64,000 nt of DNA, taken from positions 94,265 through 158,264 of the forward strand of contig CAVSXK010000026.1 of the NCBI GenBank assembly GCA_963731925.1. The letters run 5' to 3'. Numbering within the stretch: the stretch's first letter is position 1; each line of letters starts with the position of its first letter. Of the stretch, positions 8,266-18,032 are shown piece by piece. Origin of the DNA: an uncultured Actinomycetes bacterium. Lineage in GTDB: Bacteria; Actinomycetota; UBA4738; HRBIN12. Both the position numbers and the translations under genes were made by a program. The notes under the pieces are model-generated. The model worked only from the letters and a program-made list of their open reading frames with translations, had not been told where the DNA came from and searched no databases.

Positions 8266-9849
8266 TCAATCGGGGAGGACGATGGACCTCGCGGCGCGGC
8301 CGCCGATCGCCGAGGTGATGTCATCGATCACGTCCTGGCCCGCGGGGGTGTCGAGCGTGAGTCCCATCAACGCCGTTCCCCCTCGGGAGGCCCGGCCGAC
8401 GTCCATCGTGGCGATGTTGATCTCGTGCTGGCCGAGGATCGTGCCGACCTTGCCGATCACGCCGGGGCGGTCCTCGTACTCGAAGAACAGCATGTTGGTG
8501 GCCGGCGCCATCTCGATGTCGTAGCCGTTCACGTGCATCACGCGCTGGTCGTTGCGCTTGCCGACCAGCGTTCCCGCGACGGAGACCTCACCGTTGTCGG
8601 TCTCGGCGCTCACGGCCAGGAGGTTCACGTAGTCGCTCGAGACCGACGAACGCATCTCGCTGATCGCGATGCCGCGTTCGCGCGCGATGATCGGCGCGTT
8701 CACGAACGAGACGGGCTCGTGCACCACGCCCCGGAGGACGCCCTTCACGACGGCGAGCGTGAGCACGCGTGTGTCCGCCTCGCCGATCCGTCCGAGGTAC
8801 TGCGCCTGCACCGTCCGAACCGCTCCTTCGGACAGACCGGTGAGCAGCGCTCCCAGGCGCTCGGCGAGCGGGAGGAACGGGCGGACGAGCTCGGACACCT
8901 CGGCCGCGGCGGAGACGTTCACCGCGTACGGGACGAACTCGCCGTTCAGGGCCAGGCGCACCATCTCGGCCACCGACGTGCCGGCCTTGTCCTGCGCCTC
9001 GGCGGTCGAGGCCCCCAGGTGCGGGGTCGTCACCACCTGCTCGAAACCGAACAGAGGCGAGTCCGAGGGTGGCTCGTGCTCGAACACGTCCAGCGCGGCC
9101 CCGGCGACCCGCCCGTCCTCGAGCGCCTTGATCAGAGCGGTCTCGTCGACGATGCCGCCGCGCGAGGTGTTCACGAGGCGCGCGCCCTCCTTGACCAGGG
9201 CGAGCTCGCGCTCGCCGATCAGCCCCTCGGTCTCGGGCGAGCGGGGCAGGTGGATCGTGACGAAGTCCGACTGCACCAGCAGGGCCTCGAGGCTCGGCAT
9301 CAGCTCGATGCCCATCTCCTTCGCGCGCTCGCGGGGGACGTACGGGTCGTACGCGATCACGCGCATCCCGAACGCGACGCTCCGCTGCGCCACGAGCGCC
9401 CCGACGCGTCCGAGGCCCACGATCCCGAGCGTCTTGCCCTGGAGCTCGACGCCCTGCCATTTGGCTCGGTCCCAGTGGCCGTGCTTCAGGTCGTCGTGCG
9501 CCTGCGGGATGTTGCGCGCCTGCGCGAGCAGCAGGGCGATCGTGTGCTCGGCCGCCGAGACGATGTTGGAGGAGGGCGCGTTCACCACCATGACGCCGCG
9601 CCGCGTGGCGGCGTCGACGTCGACGTTGTCGAGCCCGATCCCCGCCCGCGCGACGACCTTGAGGTTGTCGCCCGCCTCGATCACGTCGGCCGTGACCTGG
9701 GTCTGCGAACGCACCACGAGCGCGTCGTACGGAGCGATGGCCCCCGCGAGACCCTCGGCCGACAGCTCGGGCCGGAGGTCGACCTCGAAGTCCTTCCGGA
9801 GCAGGTCGAGGCCTGCGTCCGAGAGCTTCTCGGTGACGAGGACCCTCAC
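8266..9849 (-). CDS. serA: D-3-phosphoglycerate dehydrogenase with C-terminal ACT domain
   Basis: VRSQTQVT, ARAGIGLDNVD, GIVGLGRVG, NTSRGGIVDE, ALDVFEHEP, TPHLGAST, ACT EDRPGVIGKVG. GTG start at 9849 inferred. Confidence 0.93.
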   Translation of the reverse strand: MRVLVTEKLSDAGLDLLRKDFEVDLRPELSAEGLAGAIAPYDALVVRSQTQVTADVIEAGDNLKVVARAGIGLDNVDVDAATRRGVMVVNAPSSNIVSAAEHTIALLLAQARNIPQAHDDLKHGHWDRAKWQGVELQGKTLGIVGLGRVGALVAQRSVAFGMRVIAYDPYVPRERAKEMGIELMPSLEALLVQSDFVTIHLPRSPETEGLIGERELALVKEGARLVNTSRGGIVDETALIKALEDGRVAGAALDVFEHEPPSDSPLFGFEQVVTTPHLGASTAEAQDKAGTSVAEMVRLALNGEFVPYAVNVSAAAEVSELVRPFLPLAERLGALLTGLSEGAVRTVQAQYLGRIGEADTRVLTLAVVKGVLRGVVHEPVSFVNAPIIARERGIAISEMRSSVSSDYVNLLAVSAETDNGEVSVAGTLVGKRNDQRVMHVNGYDIEMAPATNMLFFEYEDRPGVIGKVGTILGQHEINIATMDVGRASRGGTALMGLTLDTPAGQDVIDDITSAIGGRAARSIVLPD

Positions 9850-9869
9850 GACACGACTCGCTTCCCGCT

Positions 9870-11033
9870 TCAGGCGCCGAACGCGTCCTGGAAGACACCC
9901 TCGGCCGCGGCGACGGCCGCACCGCGCTTGACCGGGTGCCCGAGCCGCTCGAGCGTCATCTCGAGCGCCGCGAGCCCCCGGACGATGTCGAGCTCGCTGA
10001 AGTAGCCGAAGTGCCCGATGCGGAAGACCGTACCTTTGAGCGGACCCTGGCCGGGCGCGATCACGCAGCCGAAGTCCGAGCGCATGCGGTCGCTGATGGT
10101 ATCGGCGTCGATCGTCTCGGGAGCGCGGATCGCGGTGACGGTCCAGTTCTCGTCGAGGCCCTCTCCGAACAGGTCGAGGCCGAGCGCCTGGGCGCCCTCC
10201 TTCACCGCGCGCGAGAGCGTGCGGTGGCGTTGCAGCGCGACGTCGACGCCGTCCTGGAAGTACAGCTCGAGCGCGGCGTGCAAGCCTTGCATCACGCTGA
10301 TCGCCGGGGTCCACGGGTTCTCGGGATCCTTGCGCTCGGCGAACTCCCGGTAGATCGACCAGTCGAAGTAGAACCGAGGCATCGTCGCGCTCCGGTGCAT
10401 GGCCCATGCGCGCTCCGAGATCGCGACGAACGCGAGCCCGGGCGACGCCGACAGCGCCTTCTGCGACCCGCCGACGGCGACGTCGATCCCCCACTCGTCG
10501 AACGCGAACGGCACCGCCCCCAGGCTCGAGACGACGTCGGCGATCACGAGCGCGCCGGCCTCGTTCGCCACGCGGGCGAGATCGCGGAGCGGCTGGATCA
10601 CGCCGGTCGAGGTCTCCGAGTGCGTGAGCAGGACCGCCTTGACCGGGTGCTCGGCGAGCGCCTGCGCGACCTCATCGGGCACGACCTTGCGGCCCCAGTC
10701 GTACTCGACGGTGCGAACGACGAGACCGTGCGCCTTCGCGAGCTTGGTCCAACGCTCCGAGAAGTAGCCGGCGAGCGGCACCAGGACCTCGTCGCCCGGC
10801 GAGAACACGTTCTGGATCGCCGACTCGAGCCCACCGGTCCCCGAGGAGGTCATGAGCAACACGTCTGCGTCGTCGGTCCGGTACAGCTCCTTCAGCCGGG
10901 CGGTCACGTCCCGCATCAGGCGGCCGAATCCGACCCCGCGGTGGTACACCAGCGGGCTGCCCTGCGCGAGCAGCACCTCGGGCGGGATCGGGGTCGGGCC
11001 GGGGGCGAGGATGATCTCGGGACGGTCCGTCGC
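9870..11033 (-). CDS. Class V PLP aminotransferase (alanine/serine-glyoxylate family); start codon uncertain
   Basis: LAPGPTPIP, TSSGTGGLE, HSETSTG, DVVSSLG, GGSQKAL, FRIGHFG. The RBS AGGAG (11039-11043) is followed by GCG, not a standard start; the ORF track start is 11126. Confidence 0.85.
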   Translation of the reverse strand, partial: ATDRPEIILAPGPTPIPPEVLLAQGSPLVYHRGVGFGRLMRDVTARLKELYRTDDADVLLMTSSGTGGLESAIQNVFSPGDEVLVPLAGYFSERWTKLAKAHGLVVRTVEYDWGRKVVPDEVAQALAEHPVKAVLLTHSETSTGVIQPLRDLARVANEAGALVIADVVSSLGAVPFAFDEWGIDVAVGGSQKALSASPGLAFVAISERAWAMHRSATMPRFYFDWSIYREFAERKDPENPWTPAISVMQGLHAALELYFQDGVDVALQRHRTLSRAVKEGAQALGLDLFGEGLDENWTVTAIRAPETIDADTISDRMRSDFGCVIAPGQGPLKGTVFRIGHFGYFSELDIVRGLAALEMTLERLGHPVKRGAAVAAAEGVFQDAFGA

Positions 11034-11166
11034 GGGTGCTCCTGTTCGGCTGCTTGCTGCGTTTCCTTGGGGGGTCTCGGAACGGGTGCTCGAGCCAGTC
11101 TCGGGCACGCCGGCCCAGCGTATCATCGGGTGACTCGCCGCCAGTTACGGCGGCGTTCGTTCTGTC

Positions 11167-14100
11167 ATGGCGACCCTGCGGTTCCTGCTGAAGCGGTTCT
11201 TCGCCCAGCGTCTGCTGGGTCTGGCGATCGTGGTCACCCTCGCCTTCACGATCGGCGTGCTGGTGGCGGGTCCGATCTACGCCGACGCGGCGCGCGAGGC
11301 GATCCTGTCCTCTGCGACCTCGACCGCTCCGGTCACGGTGGGGAACGTCCGGTTCCTCACGTACGGCAACCCCTCGTTCGACTACGCGACGGCCGACGCC
11401 GAGCTGGAGGACGCGGTCTCCGAGCTCCCGGTCGACGAGGTCGTGCCGCAGGGCCGCGGGACGGTCCGCCTGGTCGGGGCCGATCCCACCGCTCCGCTCT
11501 CCCTGACGGTCATGTTCCGCGACGGCGCGACCGAGCACCTGCCGTACCGAGGCGAGCCCCCCGTCGGACCGGGTGAGATCGCGCTTCCCGGTGGCGTCGC
11601 GCGCCTGCTCGGCGTCGACGTCGGCGAGACCGTGACCGCGATCGGCCCGACGGGCGAGCAGGCGACGCTCACGCTGGTGGGTCGGTTCGACCCTCCCGAG
11701 CGTGCCGACCCCTTCTGGTACGGCGACCAGACGCCCTTCCCGCCACCGGAGTCGACCGAGCTCCCGCCGGGGTTGATGGATCGCGCCGGGTACCTGGAGG
11801 TCGCGCCCGACCTCGGCGTGACGAGCGAGTACGTGTGGGACGTCTACCTCGACCTGGTGGGCGTTCCGTTCGAGCGCGCCGAACGGATCCCACGGGACAT
11901 CGAACGGATCGCCGACGAGCTCCGAACGACGCCCGAGTTCGCGCAGCTCCAGGTGGCGACCGGACTCGACACGCTCATCACGCTCGTGCAGCAGCGCGTG
12001 GCTGATCTCCGCGTTCCGATCTTCCTCGTGGTGTTCCAGATCGGCGCCGTCACCCTCGCGATCCTCGCCGGCGTCGGGTCGCTCGTCCTGTCCCGTCAGT
12101 CGTTCGAGCTCGCGGTGCTGCGGAGCCGAGGGTTCTCCGGAGGCAAGCTGCTCGCCGCACAGGGCGTGCAGGCGCTGTTCACGGCGATCGTCGCGTATCC
12201 GCTCGGCCTGCTGCTCGGCATGGGACTGGCCACGCTGGCCTCGAACGCCAACGGTCCCTCCCTTCCGGGCGTGCTGTTCCCGATCGGGCTGTCGCCGTTC
12301 GCGCTCGTGCTCGGCGCGATCGGAGCGGCCGTCGGCGCGGTGACGCTGCTGCTGCTGTCGTTGCCCCACGTCCGCCGGACGATCCTCGAGGAGCGCCGAT
12401 TGCTCTCGCGCGAGGACCGCCCGCTGATCTCGCGGGTGCCGGTCGAGCTGTTCGTGCTGCCGGTGGCCCTGTTCACGTTCGTCGAGCTGCGCGGCACGGC
12501 GGTGCAGTCCACGAGCGCGCGCGATCAGCTCGATCCGCTGGTGTTGCTGACGCCGACGTTGTTGATCTTCGCGCTCTCGTTCCTGGCGCTTCGTCTGCTG
12601 CTGTGGGTGCTCCGCCGTCTGGACCGCCCCATGGCCCGGACCAAGAGCCTGCCCACCTACCTCGCGACCCGCCGGCTCGGCCGATCGCCCGGTACGAGCT
12701 TCGCCACGTCGCTCCTGCTCGTGCTCGCCGTCGGCCTGCTCATCGTCTCGACCTCCTATCGCGCGATCGTGCTCCGCAACCACGAGGACACGGCGCGCCA
12801 ACAGGTCGGTGCCGACTGGAACGTGCAGATCGCCGTCCCGCAGGACCAGCTCGTCGCGGCCGAGTCGGTGCCACCGAACACGGTGGCCGTGGTCCGGAGC
12901 CAACCGGTGTTCGAGCTGCCGGGTCGATTCACGCTCTCGCCGTCCGTGATCGCGGTCGACCCCGAGCGCTTCGCGACGGGCGGGTGGTGGCGGTCGGACT
13001 ACTCGAACACGCCGCTCGAGACGTGGCTTGCGGAGATCGACGTGCCGGATCCCGGGATCCCGGTCTCGAGCGAGGCATTCTCGGTCGCCGTCACCGCCGG
13101 TGCGCAGGCCGCCGGGCTCCAGCTGCAGGTGACGTACGAGACCCAGGACGATCACGTGAGGACGGTCTCGGCCGGTGCGATCGAGGAGGGCACCGCGAAC
13201 TACGAGGCCGCCCTCGAGGGCGCCGAGCGCATCTCGTCGATCACGTTCCTCGAGGAGGGCCTCGAGGCCCCGAGCTCGTTCGACGTGGAGCTACAGGACG
13301 CGCTCGCCGGCGATCCGATCGACCTCGCGAGCTGGACGCCGCTGTCCTGGCGCGGCAGCGGCGGCACCATCCAGCCGGTCGGTTCGGGCATCTCGCTCAC
13401 GGTCGATACCGGCGCCGGGCACGTCGTGGGTGGCATCGCACCGCCGATGGGTGCCCTGCCGGCGCTCGTCTCCCCCGAGGTCGCTCGCTCGCAGGGTCCG
13501 GCCTTCGTGGCGACGATCGGCGGCCAGCGGCTCGACGTCCGACAGGTGGCGCTCGCCGAGGCCTTCCCGTCGGTCCTCGGCGACTTCGTCGTCGTCTCGA
13601 CGCCGGCGCTCCTGCGCGCGGCCGTTCGGATCCCCGAGCCCGGGCTCGCGCTGAACGAGGTGTGGGCGATGGGCGAGGACGATCCGCGACCGGCCCTCGA
13701 GGAAGCGGGATTGATCCCGGGTCCCACCGAGGCGGCCGGGCCGATCATCGGCGCGCTCGCGCAGCTGCCGCAGTCCCTGGCCGTCGGGATGAACTTCGCG
13801 ACGGCCGTGGGCGGGCTCGGCCTCGTGGTGCTCGGCGTGGCGGTCGGGCTGTACTTCGCGCAGCGCCGCCGGGAGTTCGAGTTCGCGTCGCTGCGAGCGA
13901 TGGGAACCGAGCCGAAGCAGGTGACGCGCGTGCTGTTGCTCGAGCAGGGGCTGATGATCACGTTCGCCCTGGTCGCCGGCGCGGCGATCGGGTTCGGGGT
14001 CCTGCGGCTGCTGATGCCCTACGTCGGCCGGAGCATCGGGTCGGCGTTCCCGCCGCCGATCCTCGTGTTCGACTGGCCCGCGCTCGCGATCTCGCTGAGC

Positions 14101-14196
14101 GCGATCGTGGCGGCGACCGCGATCGGCCTGCTCGCGGCGCTCCGGGCGCTCCTGCGATCCTCGGTCACGTCGGTCCTGCGGGGTGAGGCGGAATGA
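11167..14196 (+). CDS. FtsX/MacB-type ABC permease, two-module, 1009 aa
   Basis: Two FtsX-like C-terminal motifs (SRQSFELAVLRSRG; RRREFEFASLRAMG) with large extracellular loops; followed by two ATPases. Confidence 0.85.
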   Translation: MATLRFLLKRFFAQRLLGLAIVVTLAFTIGVLVAGPIYADAAREAILSSATSTAPVTVGNVRFLTYGNPSFDYATADAELEDAVSELPVDEVVPQGRGTVRLVGADPTAPLSLTVMFRDGATEHLPYRGEPPVGPGEIALPGGVARLLGVDVGETVTAIGPTGEQATLTLVGRFDPPERADPFWYGDQTPFPPPESTELPPGLMDRAGYLEVAPDLGVTSEYVWDVYLDLVGVPFERAERIPRDIERIADELRTTPEFAQLQVATGLDTLITLVQQRVADLRVPIFLVVFQIGAVTLAILAGVGSLVLSRQSFELAVLRSRGFSGGKLLAAQGVQALFTAIVAYPLGLLLGMGLATLASNANGPSLPGVLFPIGLSPFALVLGAIGAAVGAVTLLLLSLPHVRRTILEERRLLSREDRPLISRVPVELFVLPVALFTFVELRGTAVQSTSARDQLDPLVLLTPTLLIFALSFLALRLLLWVLRRLDRPMARTKSLPTYLATRRLGRSPGTSFATSLLLVLAVGLLIVSTSYRAIVLRNHEDTARQQVGADWNVQIAVPQDQLVAAESVPPNTVAVVRSQPVFELPGRFTLSPSVIAVDPERFATGGWWRSDYSNTPLETWLAEIDVPDPGIPVSSEAFSVAVTAGAQAAGLQLQVTYETQDDHVRTVSAGAIEEGTANYEAALEGAERISSITFLEEGLEAPSSFDVELQDALAGDPIDLASWTPLSWRGSGGTIQPVGSGISLTVDTGAGHVVGGIAPPMGALPALVSPEVARSQGPAFVATIGGQRLDVRQVALAEAFPSVLGDFVVVSTPALLRAAVRIPEPGLALNEVWAMGEDDPRPALEEAGLIPGPTEAAGPIIGALAQLPQSLAVGMNFATAVGGLGLVVLGVAVGLYFAQRRREFEFASLRAMGTEPKQVTRVLLLEQGLMITFALVAGAAIGFGVLRLLMPYVGRSIGSAFPPPILVFDWPALAISLSAIVAATAIGLLAALRALLRSSVTSVLRGEAE

Positions 14197-15104
14197 CGTC
14201 CGCGGGAGGCCCGACCGCCAGGAGGATCGAGACGGAGACGCGCCGGGGCGCCGAACCCATCGGCACGTTCCGAGAGGCGCTCGTGCGGTTCCGCCACGTC
14301 TTCAAGATCTATCGGGTGGCCGACACCGGCGTCGTCGCGCTCGGCGGCGTGGACTTCGACGTCGGCGAGGGCGAGTTCCTCGCGGTCGTCGGTCCCAGCG
14401 GCTCGGGCAAGTCGACGATCCTCAACATGATCGGCGGCCTGGATCGGGCGACCGCCGGGATCGTCGAGGTCGAGGGGCGCGACCTCGGCCGCCTGGACGA
14501 GGACGAGCTCACCGAGTACCGCCGCGACCGGGTCGGGTTCGTCTGGCAGGGGACGGCGCGCAACCTGGTCCCCTACCTGAACGTCGTGGAGAACGTGCGG
14601 CTCCCGTCGACCGCGAGCGGGGTGAAGATCCCCGCCGCCCGGCGGACGCCGCGCGAGCTGCTCGAGGTGGTCGGGCTCGCCCACCGCGCGAGCCACAAGC
14701 CCGGGCAACTCTCGGGCGGCGAGCAGCAGCGCGTCGCCGTCGCCGTCGCCCTCTCGAACCTGCCGAAGATCCTGCTCGCGGACGAGCCGACCGCCGAGCT
14801 CGACAGCGAATCGGCGGCGCTCGTGCTCGATGCCTTCCAGAGCGTGAACAAGGAGTTCGGCGTGACGATCGTGTTGGTCACCCACGACCTCCTCGCGGCG
14901 AGGAGGGCACATCGTCAGCTCCGCCTCCGCGACGGGCAGCTCCTCGTCGAGGGCAGGCCGATGGAACCCCTGGCGACCGATGGCAGGGCCAAGCTGCCCG
15001 ACGAGGCGATCGACGCGCTGGCCGGGGTGGACCTCGAGGTCGAGGTTCGCGACGGCGAGGTTCGGATCCGGCGCAAGGGCGAAGGGGGGCTGGTCGGTGA
15101 GTGA
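14193..15104 (+). CDS. ABC ATP-binding protein (LolD/MacB type) with short C-terminal extension
   Basis: GPSGSGKS, LSGGEQQRVAVA, LLADEPT, VTHD; tail GRAKLPDEAIDAL..LEVEVRDGEVRIRR. Confidence 0.88.
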   Translation: MTSAGGPTARRIETETRRGAEPIGTFREALVRFRHVFKIYRVADTGVVALGGVDFDVGEGEFLAVVGPSGSGKSTILNMIGGLDRATAGIVEVEGRDLGRLDEDELTEYRRDRVGFVWQGTARNLVPYLNVVENVRLPSTASGVKIPAARRTPRELLEVVGLAHRASHKPGQLSGGEQQRVAVAVALSNLPKILLADEPTAELDSESAALVLDAFQSVNKEFGVTIVLVTHDLLAARRAHRQLRLRDGQLLVEGRPMEPLATDGRAKLPDEAIDALAGVDLEVEVRDGEVRIRRKGEGGLVGE

Positions 15105-15882
15105 CCGCTGGCGGCCACCGGGTGGTGCCGACGGCCGCCGCACGCCGTCGACCGCGCGCGTCCCGGATGCACGCGGGGCGTTGCTCGCCGCCACCGACAT
15201 CGTCCGGACCTATCGCGGCCCGAACGGTGTGCAGGCCGTGCGCGGCGCCTCGCTCTCGCTCGCTCCGAAGGACTTCGTCGCGCTCATGGGACCCTCGGGC
15301 TCGGGGAAGACGACGTTCCTCGGGGTGCTGTCCGGTCTCGACGCGCCGGACGCGGGCGAGGTCCGATGGAAGGACCGACCGATCCTCGAGCTGTCGTTCG
15401 ACGAGCAGATCGCGCTCCGGCGGGGCGGCATGGGCTTCGTCTTCCAGAGCTTCGGACTGCTGCCCACGCTCTCGGCGATCGAGAACGTCGAGCTGCCGCT
15501 CCGCGTCTCGGGGACCGACCTCAAGGAATCCAAGGCTCGCGCGGAGATGTGGCTGGCACGGCTGGGACTGGGCGACCGCATGCACAATCGGACGTTCGAG
15601 CTCTCCGCCGGGCAGCAGCAGCGGGTGGCCGTCGCACGAGCGCTGATCGGCGAGCCCGAGGTGGTGCTGGCCGACGAACCGATCGCGGAGGTCGACACCG
15701 AGAACGCCGACCTGATCCTCGAGGCGCTGTGGGAGGTCATCCGTCGCGGGGGCGCGGTGCTCGCGGCGACGCACAACCCGGAGGCGTTGCGGTTCGCGAG
15801 CCGCGTCGTGCTCTTCCGAGACGGCAAGGTCGAGGCTGAGGGCAGACCCGATGAGATCTCGGCCCGCCTCACGGTGGATTAG
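15097..15882 (+). CDS. ABC ATP-binding protein (LolD type)
   Basis: GPSGSGKT, LSAGQQQRVAVA, LADEP, ATHN. GTG start at 15097 inferred. Confidence 0.85.
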   Translation: MSDRWRPPGGADGRRTPSTARVPDARGALLAATDIVRTYRGPNGVQAVRGASLSLAPKDFVALMGPSGSGKTTFLGVLSGLDAPDAGEVRWKDRPILELSFDEQIALRRGGMGFVFQSFGLLPTLSAIENVELPLRVSGTDLKESKARAEMWLARLGLGDRMHNRTFELSAGQQQRVAVARALIGEPEVVLADEPIAEVDTENADLILEALWEVIRRGGAVLAATHNPEALRFASRVVLFRDGKVEAEGRPDEISARLTVD

Positions 15883-15926
15883 TCGTTCGTTTCCGTCCGA
15901 CCCGTCTTGGGAAGGAACCGGGAACG

Positions 15927-16139
15927 ATGACGGATGCTCGGGGGACGGTCACCGCGCTCGGTGAGTCGACGCTCACCGGCTGGCGCGGTGCCGTCGGGAA
16001 GGCCGTCGCCCGCCCGGTCGCCAAACGCACGGGGTTCACCGAGGAGCAGGTGCGCGTCGCGTTGGGCCTCGTGTTGCTGGCGTACGGCTTGTACCGCGTC
16101 CTCTGGCCTGCCGTCCGCGCTCTCCGTCGAGCGCGCTGA
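15927..16139 (+). CDS. Small hypothetical membrane protein (70 aa)
   Basis: ATG after GGAAGGAA; one C-terminal hydrophobic helix VALGLVLLAYGLYRVLW. Confidence 0.55.
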   Translation: MTDARGTVTALGESTLTGWRGAVGKAVARPVAKRTGFTEEQVRVALGLVLLAYGLYRVLWPAVRALRRAR

Positions 16140-16188
16140 CCACGCGGAGGCTATCGATCGAACGATCTGCGGCTCCGGAACGGGGCGT

Positions 16189-16416
16189 CTAGACCAGGAA
16201 GCCGTGGAACGCGTCTTCGGCCTCGCCGGGTCCGAGGTCTTCGGCCGAAAGCTCGGTCCGAGGCGTGCCGCGCCGGAGGAGCCGGTCGAGCAACGAGCGC
16301 TTGCCCATCCGCCACGCGACCGCACGGGCGAGCGAGTCCTTGCGGGCCTCCTGCCGCTTCTGCTGCTGGTTCAGGTCGCACGGTAGGTGCGTGATGTTCG
16401 GCTGGAACACGACCAT
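16189..16416 (-). CDS. Hypothetical protein (75 aa) coupled to ferredoxin reductase
   Basis: ATG overlaps the reductase TGA (TGATG); high GC3 codon usage; MVVFQPNITHLPCDLN..AFHGFLV*. Confidence 0.55.
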   Translation of the reverse strand: MVVFQPNITHLPCDLNQQQKRQEARKDSLARAVAWRMGKRSLLDRLLRRGTPRTELSAEDLGPGEAEDAFHGFLV

Positions 16417-17627
16417 CACTCCTTCGGCGGGTGGAGCTGCCGCAGGTCGAACTCGGGATCGGCGAGCTGCTCGCGGTCCGGGTGCGCCTTCGACGCGATC
16501 AGCGGCATCGAACGCCGGACGTCGAACTTCCGGTTCATGCTGAAGGTCGACAGGAGCTGGCGATCCTTCAACAGGAACGCCGAGAAGCTCCGCTCGTCGA
16601 TGCTGCCACGCACGACCATATCGTCCCACTCGGTCGCGAAACCGGCCATCTGGATGTTCGCGTCGTACTGGTCGGACCAGAACCAATGCGCGTCGTCGAA
16701 CACCGCCGGCGTGCCCAGCAGGTTCCTCGCGACGTGCTCCCCCATCTTCAGGGCGTTGTCGAAGTGCTCGACCCGGATCGACCCGAACACCGGGTGGTCG
16801 TGCCGGGCGACGTCGCCGATCGCCCACACCCCGTCGACGCTCGTCTTCAAGGTGGCGTCGACCGGGATGCCGTTATCGACCGGGACGTCCTCTCCCGCGA
16901 CGTCGGTCACCGGCTCAACGCCGACGCCCACCACGGCGAAGTCCCCTTCGATCCTGCGTCCCTCCTTCGTGACCAGCGCCTCGAACCGCTCGTTCCCCTC
17001 GAACCGCTCGGCGCCGTCGCGGAAGATCATCTCGACCCCGTGGTCGCGGTGGAGCGCCTCGATCGCCCCCCCGAGCGTGGGCCCGAGGACCCGCTCCAGC
17101 GGCGTGCCGAAGAACTCGACGACCGTGACGTCCAGGCCGAGCTGGCGCAGCGACGCCGTCACCTCGGCGCCGATGAACCCCATCCCGACCATCACGGCCT
17201 TCGAGCCTTCCTTCGCCGCCTGCTTGATCGCGTCGGCGTCGGACGCGAAACGGAGGTTGAACACGCCCGGCAGGTCGAGGCCCTCGATCGGCGGCTTGCG
17301 GTTCCGGGAGCCGGTGGCGATCACGACCTGGTCGAACGGGACGCGCTCGCCGCCCTGGAGCTCGACGACGCGTCCGGTCACGTCGACCCGCTCGGCCCGC
17401 GAGCCGAAGCGTACGTCGATCGCGTGCTCCGCGTACCACTCGGGTGGACGGACGAAGTGGTGGCCGGACTCGCCGCGCAGGTACTCCTTGGACAGCGGCG
17501 GCCGTTCGTACGGCGCCATCTCCTCGGCGCCGATCAGGACGACGTCGCCGTCGAACCCGTCCTCACGGAGCTTCGCGGCGGCCGTGGCGCCCGCGACCCC
17601 CGCCCCGATGACGACGAAAGCGGTCAC
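16416..17627 (-). CDS. FAD-dependent ferredoxin reductase (HcaD/putidaredoxin reductase-like)
   Basis: GAGVAG, YERPPLSK, GMGFIG.E, AIGDVA, FWSDQY. Confidence 0.9.
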   Translation of the reverse strand: MTAFVVIGAGVAGATAAAKLREDGFDGDVVLIGAEEMAPYERPPLSKEYLRGESGHHFVRPPEWYAEHAIDVRFGSRAERVDVTGRVVELQGGERVPFDQVVIATGSRNRKPPIEGLDLPGVFNLRFASDADAIKQAAKEGSKAVMVGMGFIGAEVTASLRQLGLDVTVVEFFGTPLERVLGPTLGGAIEALHRDHGVEMIFRDGAERFEGNERFEALVTKEGRRIEGDFAVVGVGVEPVTDVAGEDVPVDNGIPVDATLKTSVDGVWAIGDVARHDHPVFGSIRVEHFDNALKMGEHVARNLLGTPAVFDDAHWFWSDQYDANIQMAGFATEWDDMVVRGSIDERSFSAFLLKDRQLLSTFSMNRKFDVRRSMPLIASKAHPDREQLADPEFDLRQLHPPKE

Positions 17628-17941
17628 TCCTCGTCGACCAAGACCTTCAGCTCGCCGTCCTCTTCCTTGGTCTCGAACACGCCGACGGGGTCGACCGCGG
17701 GGCCGCCGATCGCCTCACCGGTGACGACGTCGAACTGGCTCCCGTGGCAGGGGCACTCGATCGTCGTGCCCTCCAGTTCGCCCTCGGCGAGCGAGCACTG
17801 CTGATGGGTGCACGTGTCGTCGAACGCATGCAGGTCGCCCTCGACGTTGGCGACCGCCACTTCCCGTTGGCCCACGCCGAACGCGGTCACCTCGCCCTCG
17901 GGCACCGCGGCCGCCGGACCGAGCGTCACCCACTCCGCCAT
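17624..17941 (-). CDS. Rieske-type [2Fe-2S] ferredoxin
   Basis: CTH..C and CPCHGSQF ligand motifs; GTGA overlap with the reductase. Confidence 0.92.
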   Translation of the reverse strand: MAEWVTLGPAAAVPEGEVTAFGVGQREVAVANVEGDLHAFDDTCTHQQCSLAEGELEGTTIECPCHGSQFDVVTGEAIGGPAVDPVGVFETKEEDGELKVLVDEE

Positions 17942-18032
17942 GCTCGCGCTCTCCCCTCATCCGTGATGGCCGATCTCCGTGTCGCACCCACGGATCCGGC
18001 TCCGCCGCAGCCTACCCCACCTTCCGTGAAAC

